DNA of 64,000 bases from Eledone cirrhosa (GCA_964016885.1 OZ024740.1:430714001-430778000); one strand, 5' to 3'. Numbered from the stretch's first letter, positions 1 to 15,228 are shown. Translations and numbers: made by a program. The notes: generated from the sequence alone by a model not told the origin.

Positions 1-298
1 CAAAAGATTGTGAGTTCAATTCTCAGCCCGGGTGATGTGTTGTTTCCTTGAGCAAGACACTTTATTTCACATTGCTCCAGTTTACTCAGCTGTAGAAATG
101 AGATGATAGGGACTGAGGTCCATATCATACCACTGTAAAGTGGTCGTGGAGGTGCCACGGCAAAAAAGCACCCAGCACTCACTGTAAATGAGGTTGGTGT
201 TAGGAAGGGCATCCAGCTATAGAAATCAAGCCAGAATCAGTTCCCGTCCCACCCTTACAAGCAGGGAAAAGCGGACGTAAAATGATGATGATGATGAT
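1..298 (+). mobile_element. tRNA-derived SINE, cut at window start, with RTE-derived 3' tail
   Basis: B-box-like gagttcaattc, central ccttgagcaagacact motif, 3' part shared with the RTE 3'UTR (ggttggtgttaggaagggcatccagct), (tga)n tail; fuller copy at 36552-36850. Confidence 0.8.
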
Positions 299-309
299 TA
301 TATGTATAT

Positions 310-344
<35 letters not shown>

Positions 345-563
345 TATATGTATATATATATATATATGTTTATATGTATATATATATATATATGTTTATA
401 TGTATATATATATATATATATGTTTATATGTATATATATATATGTTTATATATATATATATATGTATATATATATGTTTATATATATATATATATATGTT
501 TATATATATATATATGGTTATTTATATATATATATATATATAATATTATATATATATATATAT

Positions 564-1110
564 ACCATATTAAATAAATGGAAACTATATTTATAAAACC
601 ATATTTATTTCATTATATATATTTCAGGGATATCATATTAACAATATGTTATGCCTTCAGACAAAATACAATATAGACAGTTTTATAGATAAATAGATTT
701 GACATACCGTTCAACATCGACTTGTATTTGAAAAAGTTGATTTGGCAGTGAAAAATTGTAAACAGAAAGAAAGAAAGAAAGAAGGAAATAAAGAGAGAAA
801 ACGAAGAAAAAGAAGAAATGCATGCAACAAAATAGAGAGATGGAAAGATAGATAAAGAGAAGAACTTCATGTAAAGAAACAGAGAGAGATATATAGAGAG
901 AGGAAATAGATAGATATATATAGAGAAAAGTAGGTAGTTGAACGACGTATCAATGATACATTTATTTATTTATTTATTTATTTAGCTCTAGTATTAATGT
1001 AAGGGAGATATATGTGGTTAGGAAAGAAACCAGCCGTTATATAGAGAGAAAAATGAAAAGTAACCAGACATAGGCGAGGCAGAATTTAAAAATATTAGTT
1101 CGTATAAAAA
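564..1110 (-). mobile_element. HHR family J element (PLE pLTR-like, non-coding); HHR at 606-668 has a 3-nt core deletion
   Basis: Near-identical to 63744-64000 and homologous to 6533-6660; core reads CUGA-AGG, lacking NGA. Confidence 0.6.
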
Positions 1111-1373
1111 TATATATATATATATATATATGTTTATATATATATATATATGTCGTTTCTGAATTTGTTTAGCAAGATTCTTTATCTGAAATCGTGTGTT
1201 GAAACCGATATTGTTATACTTTGGGAGGGTCATGTTGCCAATAAGAAACACACGCACCAGTTGCTTTCACTTCAATTTATTATATATTTATAAATTTATA
1301 AATTTACAAATCTACAAACCTATAAATTTCTGGTTGGTTGGTTGGTTCCACAACCAGATAGTTGTTTATATAT

Positions 1374-1418
1374 AGTCATAGTCCTTTCGTCACACACTCT
1401 GTGACCTCTTCAGTGACT
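1374..1418 (-). ncRNA. Type I minimal hammerhead ribozyme, family A
   Basis: Reverse complement of 1528-1572. Confidence 0.8.
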
Positions 1419-1527
1419 GGGGATTCCTTTCTTCGTTTCTGTGCCTTTCCTTTCTTCTATCCTACGCCATTTTGTTTGGCGTAGGATAGAAGAAAGGAAA
1501 GGCACAGAAACGAAGAAAGGAATCCCC

Positions 1528-1572
1528 AGTCACTGAAGAGGTCACAGAGTGTGTGACGAAAGGACTATGACT
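1528..1572 (+). ncRNA. Type I minimal hammerhead ribozyme, family A
   Basis: AGUCA CUGAAGA G GUCACA gagug UGUGAC GAAA GGAC UA^UGACU: 5-bp stem I, 6-bp stem II. Confidence 0.8.
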
Positions 1573-1872
1573 ATATATAAACAACTATCTGGTTGTGGAA
1601 CCAACCAACCAACCAGAAATTTATAGGTTTGTAGATTTGTAAATTTATAAATATATAATAAATATATATATATGTTTATATATGTTAATATATATATGTT
1701 TATATATATATATGTTTATATATGTATATATATATATGTTTATATATATATATATATATATGTTTATATATGTATATATATATAAACATATATATATATC
1801 TAAACATATATATATATATAAACATATATATATATATATATATATAAACATATATATATATATATATATAAA

Positions 1873-1992
1873 CATATATTTAGAAACACACAGATACATG
1901 CGGACACACACATATATACATGAATGCATCCGCACCCAACTGTGAGTTAAGGGTGCCAACTTCACCGATGTTGCTCAATGAATGACTGGGAC
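1873..1992 (-). mobile_element. 3' end of family F 593-nt element, cut by the gap
   Basis: Near-identical to 21520-21637. Confidence 0.8.
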
Positions 1993-2192
1993 NNNNNNNN
2001 NNNNNNNNNNNNNNNNNNNNNNNNNNNNNNNNNNNNNNNNNNNNNNNNNNNNNNNNNNNNNNNNNNNNNNNNNNNNNNNNNNNNNNNNNNNNNNNNNNNN
2101 NNNNNNNNNNNNNNNNNNNNNNNNNNNNNNNNNNNNNNNNNNNNNNNNNNNNNNNNNNNNNNNNNNNNNNNNNNNNNNNNNNNNNNNNNNNN
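1993..2192. other. Assembly gap (200 N)
   Basis: Run of N. Confidence 1.
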
Positions 2193-2811
2193 GATACACG
2201 CATCATACAGTCTGCCTTTCATTCTGAGGGAGAAGCCTTTTGCAGCTAGCAGTGGTAGTAGTTCCCTAAACTTCTTCCATCCCGTTCTTACCCTAGTTAT
2301 TGTACTTTCTGAGCACCCACCTCCGTTGCTAATTCGGTCACCTAGGTAGCAGAAGCTGTCTACTGTTTCTACAGGGCCCTCCCAGAGATTGGTGGTACTT
2401 GTTTCCTGTGGCTGTTTGCTTGCTGTTTCAGCACAGCTGCTGCATGTGAATCCTACATTCTTAATTAAGCTTCCTGAGATCCCGCTACATCTCTTGTGTA
2501 CCCATTGTTTGCATTTGGGGCAGAGAATGGAGTTCCTACCTACACCTTTCCTACATACTGAGCAAGGCCATTTCCCTGAGGGGATCTGGGTTCTGTTTTC
2601 TCGTCTACTTATAAGGACCTTAGTCTTTGTCATGTTGACTTTGAGGCCCTTTCTCTCTAGTCCCTGCTTCCAGGTTTGGAATTTATTCTCTAGTTCTAGC
2701 ATAGATTCAGCTATGAGTGCGAGGTCATCAGCATACAGGAGTTCCCATGGGCATCCGGTCTTAAACTCCTCCGTTATTGCCTGCAGGACTATGATGAACA
2801 GGAGAGGGCTA
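2193..2811 (-). mobile_element. RTE LINE subfamily 1 fragment (RT region)
   Basis: SPLLF...ELLYADD; near-identical to 5193-5812 in reverse. Confidence 0.95.
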
Positions 2812-2812
2812 A

Positions 2813-2865
<53 letters not shown>

Positions 2866-2877
2866 CATATATATATT

Positions 2878-2925
<48 letters not shown>

Positions 2926-3271
2926 CATATATATACATATACATATATATACATACATATATATACATATATATATATACATATATATATATACATATAT
3001 ATATATACATATATATATATATACATATATATATATACATATATATATATATACATATATATATATACATATATATATATACATATACATATATATATAT
3101 ATACACACTTCGAGATTACATATAAATGTAATCTCGAAGTGTGTACTGCCACTCTAAATTCTGTAATGAATGTTGACCCACAATGTTTGAATATGTATCA
3201 ATGTTTGAATATGTATCGGTATGTCTCTCGGCTGAAAAGGAGGTCATATAACTGTCCATGCATTAATAAAT

Positions 3272-3318
3272 TGCTCCGAAGAATCCAAACCTCGGTTTGG
3301 AGGGAACAGCTGTAAGCA
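3272..3318 (+). ncRNA. Variant hammerhead-like motif, family I (C4, GGAA)
   Basis: UGCU CCGAAGA A UCCAAACC uc GGUUUGGA G GGAA CAGCUG UA^AGCA; palindromic stem III. Confidence 0.55.
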
Positions 3319-3461
3319 CAATAATGTTTTGAACAGTTCTTTGATTCTTATATTTCATATATTTCATATATTTCATATGTATATATATATATATATGTAT
3401 GTATATATATATATATGTATGTATATATATATATATATGTATGTATATATATATATATATG

Positions 3462-3540
<79 letters not shown>

Positions 3541-3541
3541 G

Positions 3542-3736
<195 letters not shown>

Positions 3737-3766
3737 ATATATATGTATATATGTATATATATATAA

Positions 3767-6523
3767 CCCGACAACCACCTGATCACATATAGATCAGGGG
3801 AGCACTCTAGTCAGTTAGATTTTATCCTCATCAGAGGACGTGACAGATGGACGGTCGTAAACACAAAAGCCTTCCCTAGTGAGGAATGTACATCCCAACA
3901 TAGCTTAGTTGTCAGCGACCTCACGGTCAGAACTAGACGAGCCCTGAAACAGAGGCCAACCTGGAGAAGAAAGATCTGGAAGCTGAAAGTCCCCTCAACC
4001 AGTAACAGATTTAAAGATATTTTACTCAACGCCTACGACAGTAAAGAAGAACAGATAGAGACATTTAACGTAGAAGAGAACTGGGAGTTCCTAAAAAATA
4101 ACTTACTAGAGGCGACGGATGAGGTTTGTGGCTGGAGTAAGACCTCAAGCAGGAGGAGAGTGACTTGGTGGTGGAACAATAAGGTAGATGAAGCAGTCAA
4201 GGCCAAGAGACAGGCATGGAAAGAATGGAAGAACGGGGGGAGCAGGGTACATTACATAGAGACCAAGAGGGAAGCTAGGCGACAAGTATACTTAGCTAGG
4301 AGGGAAGCAGAGGATAGAAAATTCAAGCATGTTTTACAACGTGAGGACCAGAAACAGGAGGTATTCAAGATTGCGAGGCAGTGTGTCAGAGATAGTTATG
4401 ATGTCATTGGAGAGAAGTGTATCCGGAATGATAAAGGTGAGCTTGCCCTCACAAGTGCTGAGAAGAAAGATGCATGGAAGAGTCATTATGATAGATTACT
4501 AAATGAGGAGAATGCATGGGAAGAAGAGACCCTACCCCACGTAGACCCTATAGAGGGACCAGCAGTACAAGTCAGCGGCAGCGTAGTAAGTAAGGCAATC
4601 AGAGATATGAAGATAGGGAAGGCAACCGGTCCATCGGGTATAGCTGCCGAGATGCTGAAGGCATCTGGGTCTGTAGGTCACACTATAACCACACGTATCG
4701 TTAACCAGGTAATACTAGAGGGGGCCATACCAAAAGATTGGTGCAGTAGCATCATTGTCAACTGCTACAAAGGTAAAGGCGATGCACTAGATAGGGGAAA
4801 CTATAGAGGTATAAAGTTGATGGACCAGGTCATGAAAGTAACAGAAAGAGTTATAGCACAGCTGATTAGGGACCGGGTGAATATAGACGAGATGCAATTT
4901 GGGTTTGTACCAGGGAAAGGCACCACTGATGCCCTCTTCCTTGTGAGGCAATTACAGGAAAAGTACCTAGCTAAAAGTAAGCCACTCTACTTGGCATTTG
5001 TCGACCTTGAGAAAGCCTTTGACAGAGTTCCACGTGCAGTAATCTGGTGGGCTCTTAGAAAACTAGGAGTAGATGAATGGCTTGTGAAAGCGGTACAAGC
5101 CATGTATAGGGGAGCAGTCAGCAAAGTTAGGATTAGCAATGAGTATAGCGAGGAATTTAGCGTACAGGTTGGGGTCCACCAGGGCTCTGTTCTTAGCCCT
5201 CTCCTGTTCATCATAGTCCTGCAGGCAATAACGGAGGAGTTTAAGACCGGATGCCCATGGGAACTCCTGTATGCTGATGACCTCGCACTCATAGCTGAAT
5301 CTATGCTAGAACTAGAGAATAAATTCCAAACCTGGAAGCAGGGACTAGAGAGAAAGGGTCTCAAAGTCAACATGACAAAGACTAAGGTCCTTATAAGTAG
5401 ACGAGAAAACAGAACCCAGATCCCCTCAGAGAAATGGCCTTGCTCAGTATGTAGGAAAGGTGTAGGTAGGAACTCCATTCTCTGCCCCAAATGCAAACAA
5501 TGGGTACACAAGAGATGTAGCGGGATCTCAGGAAGCTTAATTAAGAATGTAGGATTCACATGCAGCAGCTGTGCTGAAACAGCAAGCAAACAGCCACAGG
5601 AAACAAGTACCACCAATCTCTGGGAGGGCCCTGTAGAAACAGTAGACAGCTTCTGCTACCTAGGTGACCGAATTAGCAACGGAGGTGGGTGCTCAGAAAG
5701 TACAATAACTAGGGTAAGAACGGGATGGAAGAAGTTTAGGGAACTACTACCACTGCTAGCTGCAAAAGGCTTCTCCCTCAGAATGAAAGGCAGACTGTAT
5801 GATGCGTGTATCCGAACAGCGATGTTGCATGGTAGTGAGACCTGGGCGCTGAAGGTGGAAGACTTACGTAGATTAGAGAGAAACGAAGCCTGCATGCTCC
5901 GATGGATGTGTAACAGTAATATACGTGAACGACAAAGCATAAAGGAATTGAGAGAGAGACTGAGCATAAGAGGAATCAAATGCTGCGTGCAGGAGAGGCG
6001 GTTACGCTGGTATGGACATGTGATGCGTATGAAGGATGACAGCTGCATAAAAAGGTGCAGAGCACTAGAAGTTGATGGAAACCGCGGAGTGGGGAGACCC
6101 AAGATGACTTGGGATGAGGTGATAAAAGCCGACCTTACCCAACTACACCTCTCAAAGTCAATGACACACGACCGTGACTTCTGGCGTCACGCAGTAATAC
6201 AGGGTACCCGACCTCCCATGGGTACATGCTGAAGCATATAAACAATATGCCCCCACTCCCCCCACCGCAAGGTGGTCGTGGAGGTGCCACGGCAAAAAAG
6301 CACCCAGCCCACACTGTAAAGTGGACGTGTAGGCGCCACGAAAAAGCACCCAGCACTCACTGTAAATGAGGTTGGTGTTAGGAAGGGCATCCAGCTGTAG
6401 AAATCAAGCCAGATCAGTTCCTGTATGAGCAAGGCATGGTCAGCCGACCAGACACTGCCCACAACAGGACAACCCGTCTAACCCATGCTAGCGTGGAAGA
6501 ACGGACGTAAAACGGTGATGATG
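3767..6523 (+). mobile_element. RTE LINE subfamily 1, 5'-truncated; frame open 3767-6232 (end of APE, RT, PHD-like finger), 3'UTR and (tga)n tail
   Basis: SQLDFIL/TSQH APE end, [35 protein letters not shown]. Confidence 0.95.
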
Positions 6524-6569
6524 TATATACGATATTAATAAATGGAAACTATATTTATAAAACCATATT

Positions 6570-6634
6570 TATTTCATTATACATATTTCAGGGATACCAT
6601 ATTAAATTATGGTATGCCTTCATCAGACAAAATA
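6570..6634 (-). ncRNA. Type I hammerhead ribozyme, family J
   Basis: UAUUUUGU CUGAUGA AGG c AUACCAUA auuuaa UAUGGUAU c CCU GAAA UAUGUA UA^AUGAAAUA: 8-bp stem I (2 GU). Confidence 0.8.
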
Positions 6635-7174
6635 CAATATATAACAGTTTTACAAATAGCTTTGACGTACCCTTTTAAAATACAACCATTACTTTCGGAG
6701 GCTGTCTGGATAGTGAATTGTTTATATTGTTTTAATAAGTCATAGTGTTAAGCACAATTAGAAAAAGACGGAGATAAAGAAAAAGAAAAAAGACGGAGAG
6801 AGAGAGAAGAACAGAGAAATTTTTGATGGTGAGATATGCTAATTTTACTGGGTTCCTGTTGATAAGCACAGAAGATTTGGATATTTCACTTTTTATTTCA
6901 ATTCCATTTCGATTCTCTTTATTTTTCAATTCACGTACCATCGTTGCGAAACATATTTAGGTTTCGAAATTCAAATTCATCTACGGAGCGGGTTTGGATT
7001 TTGAAATTTAGATTTGTCCAGGAATCACGGCCTTTGCCAATATAAGCTTGTCTTTATTGACTTATATCGAGACAGACAAATTGTATTCACTTTAATTAGT
7101 TTATTTCATTAATAGCTAACTTTGTCTGTTGCAATGCAAACACGTTTTCTGTTTATCATATATATATATATATA

Positions 7175-8007
7175 TTTCGTTTCTGAATTTGTTTAGCAAG
7201 ATTCTATATCTGAAATCGTGTGTTGAAACCGATATTGTTATACTGTGGGAGGGTCATGTTGCCAATAAGATACACATGCACCAGTTGCTTTCACACGCAC
7301 CAGTTGCTTTCTACATTGTCCTTCAGTACATCTTATGCTATACACTACATTTCTAGTTTTACAGTTAATATGGGGGCTTATTTTACAGGTTATACATTTC
7401 TTATCTATACATGAGGGTCTTTGGAACGGGTATGTCTTGCTAATAAGGGTAAATTAGAGAACATAGAAATGAAAATAGAATCCACACACAGAAAAGATGC
7501 AATGTTTAGGCAAATTACAGAGGCAGTAAGCATAAAAGAATTACAACCAAAATTAAATAGAAAATATGAGTGGAACAGCAACATCACAACTTACAATTAA
7601 GGACAAAATAAAAACACACACACACATAGAACAAACAACCAACCAACAACATGTAAATAAATAAACAAATAGATGAATGAACACAAACACTCACAGACAC
7701 CCGGATGTGGTGCATGCGCAAACTGAGCACACAACACACACACAGAAACAAAATGGCGTAGGACAGAAGAAAGGAAAGGCACAGAAACAAAGAAAGGAAT
7801 CCCCAGTCACTGAAGAGGTCACAGAGTGTGTGACGAAAGGACTATGACTATATATAAACAACTATCTGGTTGTGGAACCAACCAACCAACCAGAAATTTA
7901 TAAGTTTGTAGATTTGTAAATTTATAAATTTATAAATATATAATAAATTGAAGTGAAAGCAACTGGTGCGTGTGTTTCTTATTGGCAACATGACCCTCCC
8001 AAAGTAT

Positions 8008-8012
<5 letters not shown>
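7175..8012 (+). mobile_element. PLE family A (Nematis-like) 3' fragment with inverted 5' piece at 7175-7290
   Basis: 7441-7590 translates NKGKLENIEMKIESTHRKDAMFRQITEAVSIKELQPKLNRKYEW, homologous to the GIY-YIG C-terminus at 47420-47550. Confidence 0.8.
7805..7849 (+). ncRNA. Type I minimal hammerhead ribozyme, family A
   Basis: Identical to 1528-1572. Confidence 0.8.
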
Positions 8013-8061
<49 letters not shown>

Positions 8062-8067
<6 letters not shown>

Positions 8068-8318
8068 CACCACTGACGATGTTGCAGATGTGCAACGAAA
8101 GATTTATGTAAACTATATATATATGTGTTTGTCTATATTGTATCTGTATTATTTTTGACCGCCGGTCAGTCAATGGCAACATTGAGGACCGAGTAAGTTA
8201 GATCGCAGATATATATATATAAAAGACAGCGAGAAGCGAAAACCAACCAAACAGTGAGTGTGTTCTGTTATTAATTCTGGCAATATTACGCAAATATGAC
8301 CCTCCCCAAATATAACAA

Positions 8319-8320
<2 letters not shown>
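8062..8320 (+). mobile_element. PLE family B pLTR fragment with HHR motif at 8068-8112
   Basis: CA CUGACGA U GUUGCA gaug UGCAAC GAAA GAUU UA^UG; copy of 47861-48130. Confidence 0.75.
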
Positions 8321-8353
<33 letters not shown>

Positions 8354-8807
8354 GTGTATATATATATGTATATATATGTATATATATATATATATATGTA
8401 TATATATGTGTATATATATATGTATATATATGTATATATATATATATATATGTATATATATGTGTATATATATATGTATATATATATATATGTGTATATA
8501 TATATGTATATATATATATGTGGATATATATATATATGTATATGTTTATATATATATATGTATATATATATATGTATATATATATATATGTATATATATA
8601 TATGTATGTATATATATATGTATATATACATGTGTATATATATATGTATATATATATATATATATGTGTATATATATATGTATATATATATATGTGTATA
8701 TATATATGTATATATATATATATGTGTATATATATATGTATATATATATATGTGTATATATATATGTATATATATATATATGTGGATATATATATATATG
8801 TATATGG

Positions 8808-8840
<33 letters not shown>

Positions 8841-8846
8841 TATGTG

Positions 8847-8881
<35 letters not shown>

Positions 8882-8886
8882 GTATA

Positions 8887-8953
<67 letters not shown>

Positions 8954-9002
8954 GTATATATATATGTATATATATATATGTGTATATATATATGTGTATA
9001 TA

Positions 9003-9071
<69 letters not shown>

Positions 9072-9175
9072 ATATATATGTATATATATATATGTGTATA
9101 TATATATGTATATATATTTATATATGTGTGTATATATATATATATGTGTGTATATATATATGTATATATATATAT
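8321..9175. repeat. Degenerate (TA)n/(TG) microsatellite block
   Basis: Direct reading. Confidence 0.98.
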
Positions 9176-9783
9176 GTCAGGTCACCAGTTGGTGCTACTG
9201 GTAACATGTATCCCAGTACAACCTGTCTCATGGTCGGGTCGTTGGCGACTAAACTGGCAACCCCACCAAGGTTTCTTGGTGAGGAGGGTGACTTTGGACA
9301 TCCTGCAGGAATAAAAACAAAACCTGTCAAAGGGCAAAGGAGCTCTTAAGAGTCAATGGCCATCCAAAATCACCGGGAGAGATGACCCCTTAGCCTTTGT
9401 CAAGGCAGAATTCTAGGAGAAGGAAAACTCTGATATAACACCTGCAACCCTGATGGTATCCAATGATGTTGACTTGTTCTTCTTTTTGGTAAATATCATC
9501 TTGGTTAAGAGAGTGGGACTGGCTTTGTGCAGTGCCTTTGCTCACTATAAAAGCTTCACAGCACAGGCATTGCTTTATATCTGGAGATCTCTCTGCACCT
9601 GTCGTCACATGGTACCATGGGCCCAGCACTATGTTTCAATAATTGTCACAAGTGTAGTGTTTGTACCAGAGTTTTCAAGTCGCTGGCTGGACTAAACAGT
9701 CACACTCGTTCAGCGCATCGGTAGGGGTTCTCCTACATGGATATAAAGTAGTGGCCGTACTCGAAAACGAGTTGGCAGCCACC
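9176..9783. mobile_element. Degraded non-LTR element fragment (probable LINE 5'UTR plus an inverted APE-like remnant)
   Basis: Unique island in (TA)n; minus strand MVAANSF...NECDCLV weakly resembles an APE end; HDV-like pairing at 9176-9257. Confidence 0.3.
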
Positions 9784-9842
9784 ATATATATATATATGTG
9801 TATATATATATGTATATATATATATGTGTGTATATATATATA

Positions 9843-9937
<95 letters not shown>

Positions 9938-9960
9938 GTATATATATATATATGTATGTA

Positions 9961-10005
<45 letters not shown>

Positions 10006-10051
10006 GTATGTATATATATAGATGTATATATATATATGTATATATATATAA

Positions 10052-10082
<31 letters not shown>

Positions 10083-10155
10083 TGTATATATATGTATATA
10101 TATATATATACATATATATGTATATATATATATATATACATATATACATATATAT

Positions 10156-10240
<85 letters not shown>

Positions 10241-10280
10241 TATATACGTATATATATATATATATGTATATATGTATATA

Positions 10281-10332
<52 letters not shown>

Positions 10333-10365
10333 CATATATATATATACATACATAGATATTCATAC

Positions 10366-10412
<47 letters not shown>

Positions 10413-10466
10413 CATATTATATATATATATATATATCTATACATATTTATACATATATCTATATAC

Positions 10467-10497
<31 letters not shown>

Positions 10498-10522
10498 CAT
10501 ATATATATACATATATATATAC

Positions 10523-10555
<33 letters not shown>

Positions 10556-10566
10556 CATATATATAC

Positions 10567-10597
<31 letters not shown>

Positions 10598-10628
10598 CAT
10601 ATATATATACATATATATACACATATAA

Positions 10629-10722
<94 letters not shown>

Positions 10723-10979
10723 GTGTATATATATATGTATATATATGTGTATATATATGTATATATATATACGTGTATATATATGTGTATGTATATATGT
10801 ATATGTATATATGTATATGTATATATGTATATGTATATATATATATATGTATATATATATGTATATGTATATATGTATATATATATATGTATATATATGT
10901 ATATATATATATGTATATATATATATGTATGTGTATATATATATATGTATATATATATATGTATGTGTATATATATATG

Positions 10980-11026
<47 letters not shown>

Positions 11027-11037
11027 ATATAAATATG

Positions 11038-11068
<31 letters not shown>

Positions 11069-11075
11069 GTATATG

Positions 11076-11121
<46 letters not shown>
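9784..11121. repeat. Degenerate (TA)n block
   Basis: Direct reading. Confidence 0.98.
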
Positions 11122-11122
<1 letters not shown>

Positions 11123-11712
11123 CATCATCATCATCATCACCGTTTTACGTCCGTTCTTCCACGCTAGCATGGGTTAGACGGGTTGTCCTGTTGTGGGCAG
11201 TGTCTGGTCGGCTGACCATGCCTTGCTCATACAGGAACTGATCTGGCTTGATTTCTACAGCTGGATGCCCTTCCTAACACCAACCTCATTTACAGTGAGT
11301 GCTGGGTGCTTTTTCGTGGCGCCTACACGTCCACTTTACAGTGTGGGCTGGGTGCTTTTTTGCCGTGGCACCTCCACGACCACCTTGCGGTGGGGGGGGG
11401 GGACATATTGTTTATATGCTTTAGCATGTACCCATGGGAGGTCGGGTACCCTGTATTACTGCGTGACGCCAGAAGTCACGGTCGTGTGTCATTGACTTTG
11501 AGAGGTGTAGTTGGGTAAGGTCGGCTTTTATCACCTCATCCCAAGTCATCTTGGGTCTCCCCACTCCGCGGTTTCCATCAACTTCTAGTGCTCTGCACCT
11601 TTTTATGCAGCTGTCATCCTTCATACGCATCACATGTCCATACCAGCGTAACCGCCTCTCCTGCACGCAGCATTTGATTCCTCTTATGCTCAGTCTCTCT
11701 CTCAATTCATTT
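11122..11712 (-). mobile_element. RTE subfamily 1 3' fragment
   Basis: RRLRWYGHV, 3'UTR and (cat)n tail. Confidence 0.95.
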
Positions 11713-11831
11713 ATATATGTGTATATATATATATGTATATATATATATGTGTATATATATATGTATATATATATATATGTGTATATATATATGTATATAT
11801 ATATATGTGTATATATATATATATGTATATG

Positions 11832-11880
<49 letters not shown>

Positions 11881-12077
11881 GTGTATATATATATGTATAT
11901 ATATATATATATATATGTGTGTATATATATATATATGTGTATATATATATGTATATATGTATATATATATGTGTATATATATATGTATATATATATATAT
12001 ATGTGTGTGTGTATATATATATATATATATGTGTATATATATATATATATGTGAGTGTATATATATATATATATGTG

Positions 12078-12112
<35 letters not shown>

Positions 12113-12135
12113 GTATATATATATGTATGTATATA

Positions 12136-12176
<41 letters not shown>

Positions 12177-12275
12177 GTATGTATATATATAGATGTATAT
12201 ATATATATATTTATGTATATATATGTATGTATATATATATATTTATATATATATATGTATATATATATATGTATT

Positions 12276-12312
<37 letters not shown>

Positions 12313-12589
12313 GTATATATATATATACATATATATGTATATATATATATACATATATAAATATATATATATATACATATATATATATACATACATATAT
12401 ATATACATACATATATATTATATACATATATAAATATATATATATATACATATATATATATACATACATATATATATACATACATATATATAATATACAT
12501 ATAGATATATATATATACATTTATATATATACATATATATATATATATACATATTTATACATAATATATAACATATAGATATACATATA

Positions 12590-12623
<34 letters not shown>

Positions 12624-12624
12624 C

Positions 12625-12659
<35 letters not shown>

Positions 12660-12711
12660 ACATATATATATACACATATATATACATATATATATATAAT
12701 ATAATATATAT

Positions 12712-12766
<55 letters not shown>

Positions 12767-12927
12767 GTGTATATATATATGTATATATATGTATATATAT
12801 ATATGTGTATATATATACGTGTATATATATGTGTATGTATATATGTATATGTATATATGTATATGTATATATGTATATGTATATATATATATTTATATAT
12901 ATATGTATATATATATATGTATATATG

Positions 12928-12958
<31 letters not shown>

Positions 12959-13560
12959 GTATATATATATATGTATATATATATATGTACGTGTATATAT
13001 ATATATGTATATATTTATATGTATGTGTATATATATATATGTATATATATATATGTATATATATATATGTATGTGTATATATATAATATGTATATATATA
13101 TATATGTGTGTATATATATGTGTATATATATATGTATATATATATGTGTATATATATATGTATATATATATATATATATGTGTATATATATATGTATATA
13201 TATATGTGTATATATATATGTATATATATATATATATATGTGTGTATATATATGTATATATATATATGTGTATATATATATATGTATATGTATATATATA
13301 TATATGTATCATCATCATCATCATCATCATCAACGTTTAACGTCCGTGTTCCACGCTTGCATGGGTTTGGACGGGCGTAGTCCCACTTGAGGCAAGAGTG
13401 ATTGTCTTGCTCGCATAGGACTGTCTGGCAGGTTTTCTACAGTTGGATGCCCTTCCTAACACCAACCACATTTACAGTGTGGGTCTGGGAGGTTTTTACC
13501 GTGTTGCCTACACGTATATATATATATATGTGTGTATATATATATATGTCTATATATGTG

Positions 13561-13610
<50 letters not shown>

Positions 13611-13720
13611 AATATGTATATATATATATACATATGTATATATATATGTATATATATATATGTGTATACATATATTTTATGTGTATATATATATGTATAT
13701 ATATATATATATGTGTATAA

Positions 13721-13763
<43 letters not shown>

Positions 13764-13776
13764 GTATATATATGTG

Positions 13777-13821
<45 letters not shown>

Positions 13822-13891
13822 GTATATATATATATACATATGTATATATATATGTATATATATATATATGTGTATATATATATTTTATGTG

Positions 13892-13922
<31 letters not shown>

Positions 13923-13936
13923 GTGTATAATATATG

Positions 13937-13999
<63 letters not shown>

Positions 14000-14103
14000 A
14001 TATATATCTATATATATATGTTTGTATATATATTATATATTATATATGTGTATAATATATATATATGTATATATATATGTGTATATATATATGTATGTAT
14101 ATA

Positions 14104-14147
<44 letters not shown>

Positions 14148-14181
14148 TATATGTATATATATGTATGTATATATATAGATG

Positions 14182-14212
<31 letters not shown>

Positions 14213-14213
14213 G

Positions 14214-14278
<65 letters not shown>

Positions 14279-14279
14279 C

Positions 14280-14322
<43 letters not shown>

Positions 14323-14433
14323 GTATATATATGTATATATATATATGTATATATATATATGTATGTGTATATATATATATGTATATATATATATGTATGT
14401 GTATATATATATGTATATATATATATGTATGTG

Positions 14434-14482
<49 letters not shown>

Positions 14483-14529
14483 ATATATATGTATATATAT
14501 ATATGTGTATATATATATATATGTATATG

Positions 14530-14576
<47 letters not shown>

Positions 14577-14580
14577 GTAT
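11713..14580. repeat. Degenerate (TA)n block containing an RTE subfamily 2 3'UTR fragment (13308-13514, minus)
   Basis: Direct reading; 13308-13514 matches 26480-26675 in reverse. Confidence 0.9.
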
Positions 14581-14899
14581 AATGAAAACTTGTTCACGTG
14601 ACAGCCAAATTTCATTTATAACCAACCAAAAAAAAGCCTTCGTGAGCCTCATTTTTTCAAGTAAAAAGAAATTCAAACACTCATATATGAAAAAACAACC
14701 TGTGACAACCCCCCCCCCCCTCTCTTATTTGAAGAACTATTGTAACGCGAACTGGCGCGAAATTTATTATAATTATTGACAAACCAATCAAATTACTTCT
14801 CGAAAAACTGGTTTTCGAGCCACTTTTTCCATATAAAACAAGTAACATTTAGAGACCAACCAGATGTGAGAAAAACCACAGACCCTCCATCTCAACTCA

Positions 14900-14937
14900 C
14901 CTTTTGAAAAGCAGAAGAACTGCGAAACCGGTAAAGG
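14900..14937 (+). ncRNA. Type I hammerhead, U3-A8 core variant, family C (within island 14581-15080)
   Basis: CCUU UUGAAAA GCAG aagaa CUGC GAAA CCGG UA^AAGG. Confidence 0.75.
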
Positions 14938-15194
14938 AACCAAATAAATATATATATTTAAAAAAAAAATAAGACTCCAGTTGCATTTTCGATTTCATCT
15001 CTTTTTCTTTATACTTCCACTCGTGTAGGACACCTCGGTTATTTTTCATTTTGTAAAAAAAACCTCACTTTCTAATATATTATTATATATATATATATGT
15101 GTATATATATATGTATATATATATATGTGTATATATATATATGTATATATATATATATGTGTATATATATATGTATATATATATATGTGTATAT

Positions 15195-15228
<34 letters not shown>

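Larger units (their letters stand above)
1152..1663. mobile_element. PLE family A pLTR as a fold-back palindrome (centre 1470-1476)
   Basis: About 1294-1469 is the reverse complement of 1477-1652; same sequence as the 3' end of the PLE fragment at 7750-8010. Confidence 0.85.
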
